DNA of 64,000 bases from Treponemataceae bacterium (GCA_963667725.2 CAXXHO010000005.1:1216001-1280000); one strand, 5' to 3'; positions 41,018-51,023 are shown, counted from the stretch's first letter. Notes: a model not told the origin generated them from the letters alone. Numbers and translations are program-made.

Positions 41018-42094
41018 CTATAGCTCCATATGCATGGCGGCGCGGACTTCCTGGAGCGTGCCGATGGCCAAGGCTCTCGCGTTCTCGATGCCGTCCAGGA
41101 GCACCGACCTGATGTAGGCGGGGTCGGCCTCGAGCCTTGTGCGCTCGGCGCGCAAGGGGCGCAGGTATTCGTTGAGCGACTCCGTCAGGGTACGCTTGAG
41201 GGCGCCCGATCCCTGGTCTGCGATCCGGGCGGCAATAGCCGCCGGATCGTCGCCCGTGCAGAGCGAGCAGATCAGGAGCAGATTGGAGACTTCGGGGCGC
41301 TTTACGGGGTCATAAGTTATCGTGCGATCCGCGTCCGTCTTGGCTTTTTTGATGAGGGCAGCGGTTTCGTCTTCGGTGGAGCAGAGCATGATGGCGTTGT
41401 TTCGGCTCTTGCTCATTTTTTGGCCGCCGTCGAGGCCGAGAATGGTGGGCGCCGCGCTCAGCAGGGCTTGGGGTTCCGGAAACACGGGCTTGCCGGCGGC
41501 GAAACGCTCGTTGAACCGGCGCGCTATGACGCGGGTCAGCTCGAGGTGGGGCAGCTGATCCTTGCCCACGGGGACGGTATTGCCCTTGCAGAAGAGAATG
41601 TCCGCGGCCTGGTGAACGGGATAGGTGTACATGCCGGCGGTTATGTTCTTCATGCCCGAGGCGGCGATTTCTTCCTTGACCGTTGGATTGCGGTTCAATT
41701 CCGCGTTGGTGACGAGGGTGAGGAAGGGCAGGAGAAGCTGGTTTAGCTCGGGCACGTGGCTGTGCGGGAATATATGCGTTTTCCCGTTTGGGATGAGCCC
41801 CGCCGCGATATAGTCGATGGTCAGCTCGCGCGTGTTTTCGGCGATGGCCTCGAAGGTTTCGCGGTCGGTGAGAACCTGGTAATCGGCGATGACGATATAG
41901 GTGGTGACGCCGAGTCTCGCGAGCCGCACGCGGTTCTGCAGGGAACCGAACAGATGCCCGATATGCAGACGTCCGGTGGGTCTGTCGCCCGTCAGCACCC
42001 TGTATCGTTCGGGGTGCGATGGGATATCTTTTTCCATGGCCGCGCTTTTCGCGGCGGCCGCTTCGAATGACCCATATTCCATTTCGTCGGACAT
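41018..42094 (-). CDS. trpS: Tryptophan--tRNA ligase
   Basis: LTGDRPTGRLHIGH (HIGH), YPVHQAADIL, VPVGKDQ, KMSKS; SD AGGAG before ATG 42094. Confidence 0.95.
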   Translation of the reverse strand: MSDEMEYGSFEAAAAKSAAMEKDIPSHPERYRVLTGDRPTGRLHIGHLFGSLQNRVRLARLGVTTYIVIADYQVLTDRETFEAIAENTRELTIDYIAAGLIPNGKTHIFPHSHVPELNQLLLPFLTLVTNAELNRNPTVKEEIAASGMKNITAGMYTYPVHQAADILFCKGNTVPVGKDQLPHLELTRVIARRFNERFAAGKPVFPEPQALLSAAPTILGLDGGQKMSKSRNNAIMLCSTEDETAALIKKAKTDADRTITYDPVKRPEVSNLLLICSLCTGDDPAAIAARIADQGSGALKRTLTESLNEYLRPLRAERTRLEADPAYIRSVLLDGIENARALAIGTLQEVRAAMHMEL

Positions 42095-42192
42095 TGTGTA
42101 CTCCTGCGAGATTTTGGGGACGCCGCGCGCCCCGGAGCTTCGGTAGCTGCCAGGATAAATCGCTTCAGTGCCTTTTATCAAGGGATCGGAGG

Positions 42193-42238
42193 CGCGGCGT
42201 CGCCATGGAATGGCGCGCCATTCCATGGCGACGCCGCG
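42193..42238. repeat. Perfect 46-bp palindrome with no spacer
   Basis: CGCGGCGTCGCCATGGAATGGCG|CGCCATTCCATGGCGACGCCGCG. Confidence 0.9.
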
Positions 42239-42246
42239 AGGCGGCC

Positions 42247-42690
42247 TCAACGCTGGACGGCGACGCCTCGGGAAGGCCTGGGCTTCCGGATTTCCATCCA
42301 GTCGAGAGGGCGCGATACCACGGAAAAACCGACCTTTTTATAGACTTCATGGGCATCCTTCGTTATGAGGAGCCACTGATAGACTCTCGCCATCGAGGGG
42401 TGGTCCAGCATGCGGCGAATCATGCCCTGGCCGATGCCGCGCCCTCGGTATTCCCCGTCGACGAACACGTCGAGAATATAGGCGAAACGCATTCTATCCG
42501 AGATGGCGCGCGCGTACCCGACTTGCCGGCCAGACTCGTCAAAGGCGCCGATCACGAGCGCCGAATTCTCCGCGCCTTCCCTCACCTCGTCCAGCCCGAT
42601 GCCCGGACACCAGTACGACTGCGCGAGCATTTCGGTCACCCTCGCCAGGTCCATCGCGGCGACGCCGTCTTTATATTGAATATTCGTCAT
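42247..42690 (-). CDS. GNAT family N-acetyltransferase
   Basis: VGYARAISD, AYILDVFVDGEYRGRGIG, DAHEVYKKVGF. Confidence 0.88.
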   Translation of the reverse strand: MTNIQYKDGVAAMDLARVTEMLAQSYWCPGIGLDEVREGAENSALVIGAFDESGRQVGYARAISDRMRFAYILDVFVDGEYRGRGIGQGMIRRMLDHPSMARVYQWLLITKDAHEVYKKVGFSVVSRPLDWMEIRKPRPSRGVAVQR

Positions 42691-42691
42691 G

Positions 42692-44077
42692 CTAGATCCT
42701 TAGTATCATTCTCGCCGTCGTGAAATAGATCAAGAGGCCGGTGATATCCACGATAGTGGTGAGGGCGGGGCTGGCGATGAGAGCCGGATCGGCGCCGAGC
42801 AAGGCGGCCCCGAGCGGCAGAGCCGCGCCTATTATCGTCGAAGCCACAACCTGGATGGCCAGGGCAATGCCTATCGCCAATCCTATGTCCAGGGCCGTGA
42901 TGGCTCCCGAGACCTGCATGTGCGAAGCTGAAGCCGTGAGCAGGACGCGCGCGAAAGCCAAGGCCCCCAACACGATCCCCAAAAGCAGGGCTACCCGCAG
43001 CTCCTTCCAGAGTACCCTGAACCCATCCTTGGTCTGAATTTCCTTCAGGGCCAGCGAACGCACGATGACGGCAGCCGATTGGCTCCCCGTGTTGCCCCCG
43101 GTGCTGGTGAGCATGGGCATATAGAAGGCGAGAATCATGAGGTTCGCGAGCGTCTGCTCGAAGGATTGCATGACGGCGCCGGAAACCAGCCCCAGAAGCG
43201 CCAGGATGACAAGCCAGCCTACCCGGTTCCTGAAATGCGACCAGATGGTCGTGTGCAGATAGGGAATGTTTTCGTGGCTGCCCGTGATGGCCATGAAGCG
43301 TTCTATATCCTCGGTCTGTTCCAGTTCCAGTACGTCGATGATGTCGTCATGGGTGATAAGGCCGATCAAGACATCGTCGGCATCGACGACAGGCAGGGCC
43401 ACGAGATCGTAGCGCGAAAACAAGTAGGCCGCTTGTTCCCTGTCGTTGAGCGCGTTGACGCTCTGAGGCCTGGCGTCCATTATTTCGGAAAGCTTCTTTT
43501 CGGGATTGGCCAGGATGAGGTCCGCGAGGTTTATCGCTCCCTTCAGTTTCCTGGCCTCGTCGATGGCGAAAATCATGAAAATCGAGTGCGCCTCGGCCCC
43601 TTCGAGCCTGATCCGCTCGATGGAGTCCTTCACCGTCAAATCCTGGTTCAGCGCGATATACTCTGAAGTCATCACGGAACCGGCTGTTCCCTCCTCGAAC
43701 TGGGCGAGCCTCTTGATGTCGTCGCGTTCCTTTTTGGCCAGTATGCGCAGGAGGGCTTCGAACTTCTCTCGGGGAATAGCCTTGAGCAAATCGACCCTGT
43801 CGTCCGGGTCCAGCGATTCGACGAGTCTGGCGAGGTCGGTGGTGTCAAGCAGGTCGGAAGCGTCGATCTGGTAGGCGAGGGGAAGCTCGCGGAAAACAGC
43901 CGCCGCCCTGACTTCCCCAAGGATTCCCATCACTTCGAGCGTCTCCGCGGGATCCAGCCCGGTGAGTATTTCCGCTATGGCGGTGGGGTGCAGGTCGCGG
44001 AGGAAGTCGAGGATATCGTCGCTTCTGCCTTCTTCGAGAAGGTTCGCGAGATCGGGGGCGAGCAGTTGATCCAGCAT
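42692..44077 (-). CDS. mgtE: Magnesium transporter MgtE
   Basis: N-domain, TAGSVMT + CBS pair, TM domain with GGNTGSQS and PALTTIVD. Confidence 0.93.
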   Translation of the reverse strand: MLDQLLAPDLANLLEEGRSDDILDFLRDLHPTAIAEILTGLDPAETLEVMGILGEVRAAAVFRELPLAYQIDASDLLDTTDLARLVESLDPDDRVDLLKAIPREKFEALLRILAKKERDDIKRLAQFEEGTAGSVMTSEYIALNQDLTVKDSIERIRLEGAEAHSIFMIFAIDEARKLKGAINLADLILANPEKKLSEIMDARPQSVNALNDREQAAYLFSRYDLVALPVVDADDVLIGLITHDDIIDVLELEQTEDIERFMAITGSHENIPYLHTTIWSHFRNRVGWLVILALLGLVSGAVMQSFEQTLANLMILAFYMPMLTSTGGNTGSQSAAVIVRSLALKEIQTKDGFRVLWKELRVALLLGIVLGALAFARVLLTASASHMQVSGAITALDIGLAIGIALAIQVVASTIIGAALPLGAALLGADPALIASPALTTIVDITGLLIYFTTARMILRI

Positions 44078-44125
44078 GGCAGCCTCCTTGGCCCAACAGG
44101 GCCAAACTCGACCGGATCCAGGAAA

Positions 44126-44719
44126 TCAGGTTCCGGATGCCGATCGGAGGAGCGATTCGAGGACTATGTCGGCTTCGAGATTGGCGACGATGGCTACGCG
44201 CGGGGCGAAAGGCGGCGAGTCGGGCGTCACTTCGTTCTCGAAATCCCCGCAAAGATGAAGCCTGCCGCGGCGCACGATCTTTATGGAATCGAAATGACCT
44301 ATGCCCGCGAGACCAGACGCCGCCACGACCTGGGTTTCGGGGAAGGCGTCGAGGCAGGTTTCGATGAGCATGGCCTTGGCCTCGGCGTCGTCGAAAGCTT
44401 CCACGATCACGTCGCAGCCTGGATAGAGCCGGAGCAGGGACTCCGGGTCCAGGCGGAGCCTGTGGGCGTCGATCTCAAGGCTCGGCTCTATCCTTCTGAG
44501 ATTCACGGCGAGGGCATCGACCTTGTAATCCCCCACTTGGTCCTGGAAGTAGTACTGCCGATCCAGGTTGGCCGCCGAGACCCTGTCGAAGTCGGCCACG
44601 ACGAGCCGGCGGACTCCCGCCCTGACCAGCGCGACGGCGCAGTTGGAGCCGAGTCCGCCGGCTCCGGCGATTCCCACTTTTGCCCGCGAGAATATCTCGC
44701 GCAGTCTGTCGCGTTCCAT
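44126..44719 (-). CDS. thiF: ThiF-family sulfur-carrier adenylyltransferase
   Basis: GIAGAGGLGSN, DFDRVSAANLDRQYY, VEAFDD, APRVAIVAN. Confidence 0.82.
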   Translation of the reverse strand: MERDRLREIFSRAKVGIAGAGGLGSNCAVALVRAGVRRLVVADFDRVSAANLDRQYYFQDQVGDYKVDALAVNLRRIEPSLEIDAHRLRLDPESLLRLYPGCDVIVEAFDDAEAKAMLIETCLDAFPETQVVAASGLAGIGHFDSIKIVRRGRLHLCGDFENEVTPDSPPFAPRVAIVANLEADIVLESLLRSASGT

Positions 44720-44729
44720 AAAGTAAAGA

Positions 44730-45293
44730 CTAACGGACTTTAGACGGCGAAGCAAGGTAAAAGTCGACGGCGATAAGATTTAGGAAAAGGGAAGTCTCGG
44801 CGCTGTCCACGTCGAACATGAGGCCCAGCGAGAACATTCTTTCGCGCCGCCCGTAATAGGGGTTGCCCAGCGCGAAGGGCGTTATGCGCAAGAATATGGC
44901 CCGCGAATATTCCGGCGCGCCGGAAGTCAGGTTGTGCATGCCATAGAGAATCCCCGCGTCCAACAGGGCATTCAGATAGATGGCCGGTCCGCCCGATTTC
45001 CTTACGCGTTCGCCGAAAAGCGATACGCCTACATGCCCTTCCAGAAAGATGTCATCGAGCGGTTCGGGACTCAGGCGGGGCAGGATCGAAAAACCCGCTT
45101 CCGCGTATCGCGTTATGCCGCAGCTGAGGCCGAAGGAAGAAAAAATCCCGGGGGTCCCCGCGGGGTACTTCCCTTCGGCGTTTCTGAAGAAACTCCATCC
45201 GCCGACGGAAAAGGAGAGGTTCTGGGCTCCGGCCGAAATGGCGGCCAGGAGGAGGAGCGAGAAAAGGGTGAGTGAACGGACCGGGTGTTTCAT
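44730..45293 (-). CDS. Hypothetical exported protein, possible small outer-membrane beta-barrel
   Basis: Signal peptide and amphipathic beta-like segments. Confidence 0.55.
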   Translation of the reverse strand: MKHPVRSLTLFSLLLLAAISAGAQNLSFSVGGWSFFRNAEGKYPAGTPGIFSSFGLSCGITRYAEAGFSILPRLSPEPLDDIFLEGHVGVSLFGERVRKSGGPAIYLNALLDAGILYGMHNLTSGAPEYSRAIFLRITPFALGNPYYGRRERMFSLGLMFDVDSAETSLFLNLIAVDFYLASPSKVR

Positions 45294-45304
45294 CGCTGCC
45301 TGCC

Positions 45305-45847
45305 TCAGTATGACATATAGGAAAATTCGAAAAGCTCGATGCCCCAGCCCTTCACGGCGAATGAAGAATCGAAGACGAGGCCGAAGGACCCGACGGAAAA
45401 ATACCCATACCCGGCGAAAAGCCGCAAGGGAGAAAGGCTTACCGTGTAGCGGAGGTCTCTTAAGTTCGCGAATGGGGCGTAGACGGTCGCGCTCGCCATG
45501 GGGGCCAGCGTCGTTTCGCGCGCGGACATCCAGGCGAAAGGGTGTTCCTTTATATGGAAGAGCGTGAGATCGACGCCGAGGCCGGCCAGCGATTCGGTAA
45601 AGGAGAGAGGATTCACGGGAATGAGATAGTGCATGGTAAAGGCCGAACCCAGCACGGGGATATCGGCGATTTTCGCCGAAGCGGAAAAGTCCATGTATTC
45701 CGCATCCGAAAAGAGCGGCGAGGAAAAGCCGCCCATGGAAACCGAGTAATAGAATGAACTCTCGTTCCCGGCGAAGGACGGCGCGGCCGATCGGGCGAAT
45801 AGCGCGAGAAAGAAGAGAATGAGAGCGCGGCGATGTAGTCTCTTCAT
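45305..45847 (-). CDS. Hypothetical exported protein, possible outer-membrane beta-barrel
   Basis: Signal peptide; aromatic-rich alternating pattern ending FEFSYMSY. Confidence 0.55.
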   Translation of the reverse strand: MKRLHRRALILFFLALFARSAAPSFAGNESSFYYSVSMGGFSSPLFSDAEYMDFSASAKIADIPVLGSAFTMHYLIPVNPLSFTESLAGLGVDLTLFHIKEHPFAWMSARETTLAPMASATVYAPFANLRDLRYTVSLSPLRLFAGYGYFSVGSFGLVFDSSFAVKGWGIELFEFSYMSY

Positions 45848-45851
45848 CTTG

Positions 45852-47147
45852 TCAGCCTCCGAACAGCATGCCGAGATAGGATGTCAGATAGCTGAGGCTT
45901 CGATACTGTCTCGCTTCTTCCATCAATACGGGAGTCGCGTATTTCATGATCTCCCGCAGGTTAAGAAGCGTCTGCGCTCCCACCTCCTTATCGGCGCTCA
46001 CCAGCGCGATTTCCCTGGACAGGTACTGGGATCGATAATTGAAGTTGGGGCTTCCGAAGGCTGCCAGGTACCCGTCGGCCAGCATGAGTTTGTAATGGAG
46101 GAAGGAATTGTCGGGCGCGTCGAACATGTAAACCTTCGCGCCCGCTTCCAGGAGGTCCTGGATGCAGTATTTCGAGGCCTCGTCGTAGGCCGCGCGAAAG
46201 GAATTGGCTGAAAGGACGATGTGGACGTCTACGCCTCGTCTCGTCGCGGTCTTGATTTTGCGCACGAGCTCGGGCGTCGAAAAGGTATATGCTTGCAGCA
46301 TCCATATTTCCTTCTCGGCGAAGAGGAAGAAGGCGTCGAAGAGGCTGTCGACCTTAGATGGTTCGCCGGGAACCTGGTCCACGACCCAGACGGAGCTGTC
46401 CGTTTTTTTTTCGGGTATGCCGAATTTTCCCGGCTCGATGGGGTCAGGCGAGTTGCGGTTCCAGGTCCGGCAGAAGGAATCGACCATGTAGGCGAGCGGT
46501 CCCGGGCCTTCGATTTCCGCGAAGGTGTCGATGTTGCTGTATTCGCCCGAGGGCGCGAGGGAATAGTAATTCAGGTTCATGCCGCCCACCGCCAGGTGTT
46601 TTCCGTCTATGATCCAGAATTTTCTGTGATCGCGGTCGAGCAAGGCGGGGAGGGAGAAGAGTCTGAGCCCCGATATCGGATTGTATTCGGCCACGCGCAC
46701 CGGCGTTCCCTGGAAATATTTCAGCGCCGTGGGCAGGTAGGATGCCTGATCGGGCATATAGGTAAAATATGAGGAAGAGTCAAAGATGACATAGACGCGC
46801 ACGCCTTCCCTGGATTTCCGGACGAGGGCTTCCATGATGGCCGAATTCACGGGGTGATAATTGACGAGGAATGAGTCGATCATGATGTAGTCTTTGGCGC
46901 TCTCCACGAGTTCCAGGGCGCGGGCTTTCCATTCGTCGCTGGAGAAGTGGAGTTTCGGAAGCGTGGAGGGGAATTCCGGAATATTCCGCTCGGCAAAATA
47001 TCTGTGCAGGCCCACCCGGAGGCGGTCTTGAGGTTCGCGGGCGGGCGAGCTCGCGCAGGAGACGAGGTTAAGGATCGAGGTAATCGCGAGGATGAGCGCG
47101 ATGCTGGACATGGGCGGGCGCGTTTCGGGCGAATGAATGTGGGACAT
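45852..47147 (-). CDS. Phospholipase D / cardiolipin-synthase-like lipoprotein
   Basis: Two HxKxxxxD motifs (HRKFWIID, HYKLMLAD); lipobox LVSC; start may be the downstream Met (MSSIAL). Confidence 0.87.
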   Translation of the reverse strand: MSHIHSPETRPPMSSIALILAITSILNLVSCASSPAREPQDRLRVGLHRYFAERNIPEFPSTLPKLHFSSDEWKARALELVESAKDYIMIDSFLVNYHPVNSAIMEALVRKSREGVRVYVIFDSSSYFTYMPDQASYLPTALKYFQGTPVRVAEYNPISGLRLFSLPALLDRDHRKFWIIDGKHLAVGGMNLNYYSLAPSGEYSNIDTFAEIEGPGPLAYMVDSFCRTWNRNSPDPIEPGKFGIPEKKTDSSVWVVDQVPGEPSKVDSLFDAFFLFAEKEIWMLQAYTFSTPELVRKIKTATRRGVDVHIVLSANSFRAAYDEASKYCIQDLLEAGAKVYMFDAPDNSFLHYKLMLADGYLAAFGSPNFNYRSQYLSREIALVSADKEVGAQTLLNLREIMKYATPVLMEEARQYRSLSYLTSYLGMLFGG

Positions 47148-47154
47148 GTCGGGT

Positions 47155-48087
47155 TCAACCTTTGAAGAATGGCGCGAGCGCGTCGGCTATGCCTGATTCG
47201 AAATCCACGCGGGGTTTGTAGCCCAAGGCTTCGATGAGGGTGGTATCCATTCTGCAGTCCTTGGGGCGCGGGGCGCCTTTCGAGGGCGCGGCATCGGGCG
47301 CCGCGAAGGATGCGTCCATGCCAAGAGTCTGGGCCATGATCATGAGCATTTCATATTTCGTATAGGCGACGGGGCCAGATAGAAGATAGATCGGCAGCCC
47401 GGACCGATGCTCTGCTGCCTGTCCGCTGGCGGTCGGCCCGCCGGATCGCGGCGCGAGCGCGTCGATGATTTTTTCAATCGCGGCGGCGACATCATTGACA
47501 TGAAGAGGGTATCTGCGAGCCCAATTATCGACCTTGCATGCCTGTCCTTTCTTGAGAAGCGAGGCGAGTTCCGTGACCGCAGATTCGTCGAGTCTTTCGA
47601 CCGTGCCGTAGAGGATGGGCAACCTGAGTATCGCGGCCTTAGCCGCCGTCATGGCGGCGACGCGCGCCTCCCCTTCGAGTTTGAGCCTGCCGTATTCGTT
47701 GAGAGGATTCACGGGCGAATCGGGAAAATAGGGCGGGTTGGATCCGTCGAACACATAGTCGGTGGAAATATACAGCAGAAAGGCTCCGCTCTTGGCGCAG
47801 GCTCGGGCGACCGTCTCCGTGGCGGCGACATTGAGCGCTCTGGCCTGACTGGGGTTCCTGTCGACGATGTCGGGACGGCGTTCCGCAGCGGCGTGAATCA
47901 CGAAATCGGGCTTCGCCGCGGCGAAAAGCGCCGCCACTTCGGCCGAGTCGGTCAGATCAGCCTTGATCACGGGCGTTCGGGCTCTCGAAAAGGCGGTTCC
48001 GGTGAGTTCCATATCTCGACGGCCGCGCAGTCTGGCCAAAATCGCGCGGCCGAGCAGCCCAGAGGCTCCCGTCAGCAATACTCTCAT
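47155..48087 (-). CDS. SDR oxidoreductase, RmlD / MAT2B-like
   Basis: TGASGLLG, HAAAERRPD, YISTDYVFDG, YGRLK, APRPKDC. Confidence 0.85.
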   Translation of the reverse strand: MRVLLTGASGLLGRAILARLRGRRDMELTGTAFSRARTPVIKADLTDSAEVAALFAAAKPDFVIHAAAERRPDIVDRNPSQARALNVAATETVARACAKSGAFLLYISTDYVFDGSNPPYFPDSPVNPLNEYGRLKLEGEARVAAMTAAKAAILRLPILYGTVERLDESAVTELASLLKKGQACKVDNWARRYPLHVNDVAAAIEKIIDALAPRSGGPTASGQAAEHRSGLPIYLLSGPVAYTKYEMLMIMAQTLGMDASFAAPDAAPSKGAPRPKDCRMDTTLIEALGYKPRVDFESGIADALAPFFKG

Positions 48088-48278
48088 AGTGGGGAATATA
48101 CTATCACAGGGAAATGCTGTAGTCTAAGGCCCCTGGAATGTCTGGCCCGCCAGATCGATTTCCTATGTGTCTGAGATCGATTCAGGCACCTCTAGCCGGA
48201 AAACTTGAATAAACGCGTAATTTAATATAGCTTATTAGCAATCTTTAAATTTTTAAATTTCAGGACAAGGAGTCTTAT

Positions 48279-49184
48279 ATGGATACAATGTTCTGGTCAG
48301 CTCGCCAGAGCGCCGAATGGAAAACCAAGGTGGGGCTGGCCGAGATGCTTAAAGGCGGCGTCATCATGGATGTCACGAACGTCGCTCAGGCGAAGATAGC
48401 GGAGGAGGCCGGCGCCGTCGCTGTCATGGCCCTCGAGCGGGTGCCCGCCGATATCCGCGCCCAAGGCGGCGTCGCGCGCATGTCGGATCCTAAGATGATC
48501 AGGGAAATACAGAAGGCGGTATCCATACCCGTCATGGCTAAATGCAGGATCGGACACTTCGTCGAGGCCAGGATTCTCGAATCCCTCGGCGTAGATTTCA
48601 TCGATGAATCCGAAGTGCTTACCCCCGCCGACGACAGATTCCATGTCTACAAACAGGATTTCAAGGTTCCCTTTGTCTGCGGCTGCCGCGATCTGGGCGA
48701 AGCGCTTCGCCGCATCGGCGAAGGCGCCGCCATGATCCGCACCAAGGGCGAACCCGGCACGGGCGACGTCGTCGAGGCGGTAAGACATATGCGCACGGTC
48801 CGCGACGGCATCGCGCGCCTGACAAGGCTCCCCGTGGAAGAATTGATGACGGCGGCCAAGGAATTGGGCGCGCCCTACGAACTGGTCTATGAAATCGCGA
48901 AAACGGGCAAGCTGCCGGTGCCGAACTTTTCGGCGGGCGGGATAGCCACCCCGGCCGACGCCGCCCTCATGATGCAGCTCGGCGCCGAATCCGTCTTTGT
49001 AGGCTCGGGCATATTCAAGTCGGGCGATCCCGCCCGCCGGGCCCGCGCCATAGTGGGGGCGGCTGTCCATTTCCAGGATCCGAAGATGCTTGCCGAACTC
49101 TCTGAGGATCTTGGCGAGGCCATGGTCGGCATCGGCATTTCCGATCTCGGTGAAAACCAGAAGATGGCCGTGAGAGGCTGGTAA
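48279..49184 (+). CDS. pdxS: Pyridoxal 5'-phosphate synthase, lyase subunit
   Basis: [47 protein letters not shown]. Confidence 0.96.
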   Translation: MDTMFWSARQSAEWKTKVGLAEMLKGGVIMDVTNVAQAKIAEEAGAVAVMALERVPADIRAQGGVARMSDPKMIREIQKAVSIPVMAKCRIGHFVEARILESLGVDFIDESEVLTPADDRFHVYKQDFKVPFVCGCRDLGEALRRIGEGAAMIRTKGEPGTGDVVEAVRHMRTVRDGIARLTRLPVEELMTAAKELGAPYELVYEIAKTGKLPVPNFSAGGIATPADAALMMQLGAESVFVGSGIFKSGDPARRARAIVGAAVHFQDPKMLAELSEDLGEAMVGIGISDLGENQKMAVRGW

Positions 49185-49189
49185 CCTAA

Positions 49190-49810
49190 ATGGTCGCTCC
49201 CGATACTCAACGCTTGCCAGCCGGCCCAGGCGGCCTCAGGGTAGGCGTTCTCGCCCTCCAGGGTGACTATGCAGCCCATATCGCCGCGCTTCGCGAAGTC
49301 GGCGCCGAGGCTTTCGAGATCCGTTCAGCGGCCGACCTCGAATTGGCCGATTCGGTGGTGATTCCCGGCGGCGAAAGCACGGTGATGGGTTCCCTCCTGC
49401 AGCGTTTCGGTTTCATGGACGCTTTCAGGCGTCGAATCCTTGCGGGAATGCCCGTCTTTGGCACCTGCGCCGGTCTCATCCTCCTTTCGAAGGACATCGA
49501 GAACAGGAAGCAGCCGGGACTTGGGCTGCTCGATGTCACGGTCCGCAGGAACGCCTACGGAACCCAGAAGGACAGTTTCCGCGCTCAGGTAAAAACGACG
49601 ATTCCCGGCGTTCCCGAACTTGAAGGCGTTTTCATTAGAGCTCCGAAAATTACGAAGATCGGTCCCGGGGTGGAGGTTCTCGCCGTTCATGAGGGCAGTC
49701 CTGTCCTCGTTCGCGAGGGCTCCATGCTCGGAGCGACGTTCCATCCCGAGCTTGTACCAGGCGCTCTTATCCATAAATGGTTCTTGGGTTTTCCCAAAGA
49801 ACGGAGGTAA
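49190..49810 (+). CDS. pdxT: Pyridoxal 5'-phosphate synthase, glutaminase subunit
   Basis: GVLALQGD, IPGGEST, FGTCAG, RNAYG, FIRAP, FHPEL. Confidence 0.95.
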   Translation: MVAPDTQRLPAGPGGLRVGVLALQGDYAAHIAALREVGAEAFEIRSAADLELADSVVIPGGESTVMGSLLQRFGFMDAFRRRILAGMPVFGTCAGLILLSKDIENRKQPGLGLLDVTVRRNAYGTQKDSFRAQVKTTIPGVPELEGVFIRAPKITKIGPGVEVLAVHEGSPVLVREGSMLGATFHPELVPGALIHKWFLGFPKERR

Positions 49811-49814
49811 TTTC

Positions 49815-50522
49815 ATGATCGCGAAGGAAATAAAGAAAGCGGCCAGCCAGGACGATATCGCGGCCCACGTAAAACGCGTCTTCACAGTCCGCGACAAGCA
49901 GATTCTCGCCAACCATTTTGCCATAGCCGACACGATTGCCCAAACCTTCGGCAAGGGCTGCGAGGTCGTCATTCATTCCCTCGAGGACATTGGCAAGTCC
50001 ATCGTGAAGATCGTGAACGGTGAGGTTACCGGCCGGGTCCTGGGCGCCCCCATAACCGATCTGGGGCTCAAGGTAGCCAACAACGCCTACGATTCCAAGG
50101 AAGATATCGTAGGACCCTATTTTTCCAAGACCAAGGCCGGGAAGCCGCTCAAGTCGACGACGATGATCATACGCAACGACGAGGGCGCGCCCATAGGTTT
50201 CCTCTGCATCAATTTCGACCTTTCCATGCCGCTCACGCAGTTTTTCGCCGATTTTTCGCCCGCGCCCGAAGTCCCGCCATCGGGCGAGAATTTCGCGCCA
50301 GATGTCGACGAACTCGTCGCCCAGGCCGTGGCCGACGAACTGGAAGCTGTCTCCCGCGTCACGGGCGTTTCTCCTACCGAAAAGAACCGCCGCATTGTCG
50401 CCAACCTTGAACTGCGAAGCATCTTCGACATAAAGGGAGCCGTGGAACTCGTCGCCGGCGAACTGGGCGTCACCAAGCACACAATTTACAAATATCTCCG
50501 GGAATTGCGCAACGAACAGTGA
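49815..50522 (+). CDS. YheO/DauR-like PAS + HTH transcriptional regulator
   Basis: CEVVIHSL, GRVLGAPITD, LKSTT, GFLCINFD, IFDIKGAV...TIYKYL; SD GGAGG before ATG 49815. Confidence 0.88.
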   Translation: MIAKEIKKAASQDDIAAHVKRVFTVRDKQILANHFAIADTIAQTFGKGCEVVIHSLEDIGKSIVKIVNGEVTGRVLGAPITDLGLKVANNAYDSKEDIVGPYFSKTKAGKPLKSTTMIIRNDEGAPIGFLCINFDLSMPLTQFFADFSPAPEVPPSGENFAPDVDELVAQAVADELEAVSRVTGVSPTEKNRRIVANLELRSIFDIKGAVELVAGELGVTKHTIYKYLRELRNEQ

Positions 50523-50532
50523 GCGGCATGAG

Positions 50533-50585
50533 TTGAACTCCCGCCTCGGGGACGTCATAATCCTCCTAGCACGTACTAGGAGGAT
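50533..50585 (+). promoter_or_regulatory. Internal sigma70 promoter overlapping an SD-sequestering hairpin
   Basis: TTGAAC-N17-CATAAT; stem ATCCTCCTAG/CTAGGAGGAT contains the ridA SD. Confidence 0.6.
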
Positions 50586-50588
50586 GTC

Positions 50589-51014
50589 ATGTCCAAGCTT
50601 TGTTTCAACGCCAAGATAGCTCCAGCCGCTCTCGGCCCCTATTCGCACGCCGTCGTTTCCGGCGATTTCGTGTTCCTTTCCGGCCAGCTCGGGCTCGATC
50701 CCGCCACCAACGCCCTCGCGCCGGGCGGCGTGGAAGCCGAAACCCGCCAATCCCTCACCAATATTTCCACCATTCTCGCCGAATTGGGGCTCTCGCTCTC
50801 CAATGTGGTCAAGACGACTGTTTTTTTAAGGGATATGGGCGATTTCGCGCGCATGAACGCCGTATACGCCGAGTTTTTTCCGAAGGATTTTCCCGCCCGC
50901 AGCGCCGTCCAAGCCGCGGCCCTTCCCAAAAACGGCGCGGTGGAGATAGAGGTGATCGTCTCGTCCGGCGCGGCGACGGCCGATGCAGTGGCCGCGCGCC
51001 GCGTTTCGGAATGA
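50589..51014 (+). CDS. ridA: RidA family enamine/imine deaminase
   Basis: APAALGPYSHA, SGQLG, VVKTTVFL, FPARSAV, LPKNGAVEIE. Confidence 0.92.
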   Translation: MSKLCFNAKIAPAALGPYSHAVVSGDFVFLSGQLGLDPATNALAPGGVEAETRQSLTNISTILAELGLSLSNVVKTTVFLRDMGDFARMNAVYAEFFPKDFPARSAVQAAALPKNGAVEIEVIVSSGAATADAVAARRVSE

Positions 51015-51023
51015 GCCTCGGCC

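Noticed and set aside
42095..42246. Possible T-box riboswitch upstream of trpS
   Set aside because: No T-box consensus (GGTGGNACCGCG) or specifier stem seen, and the region is short.
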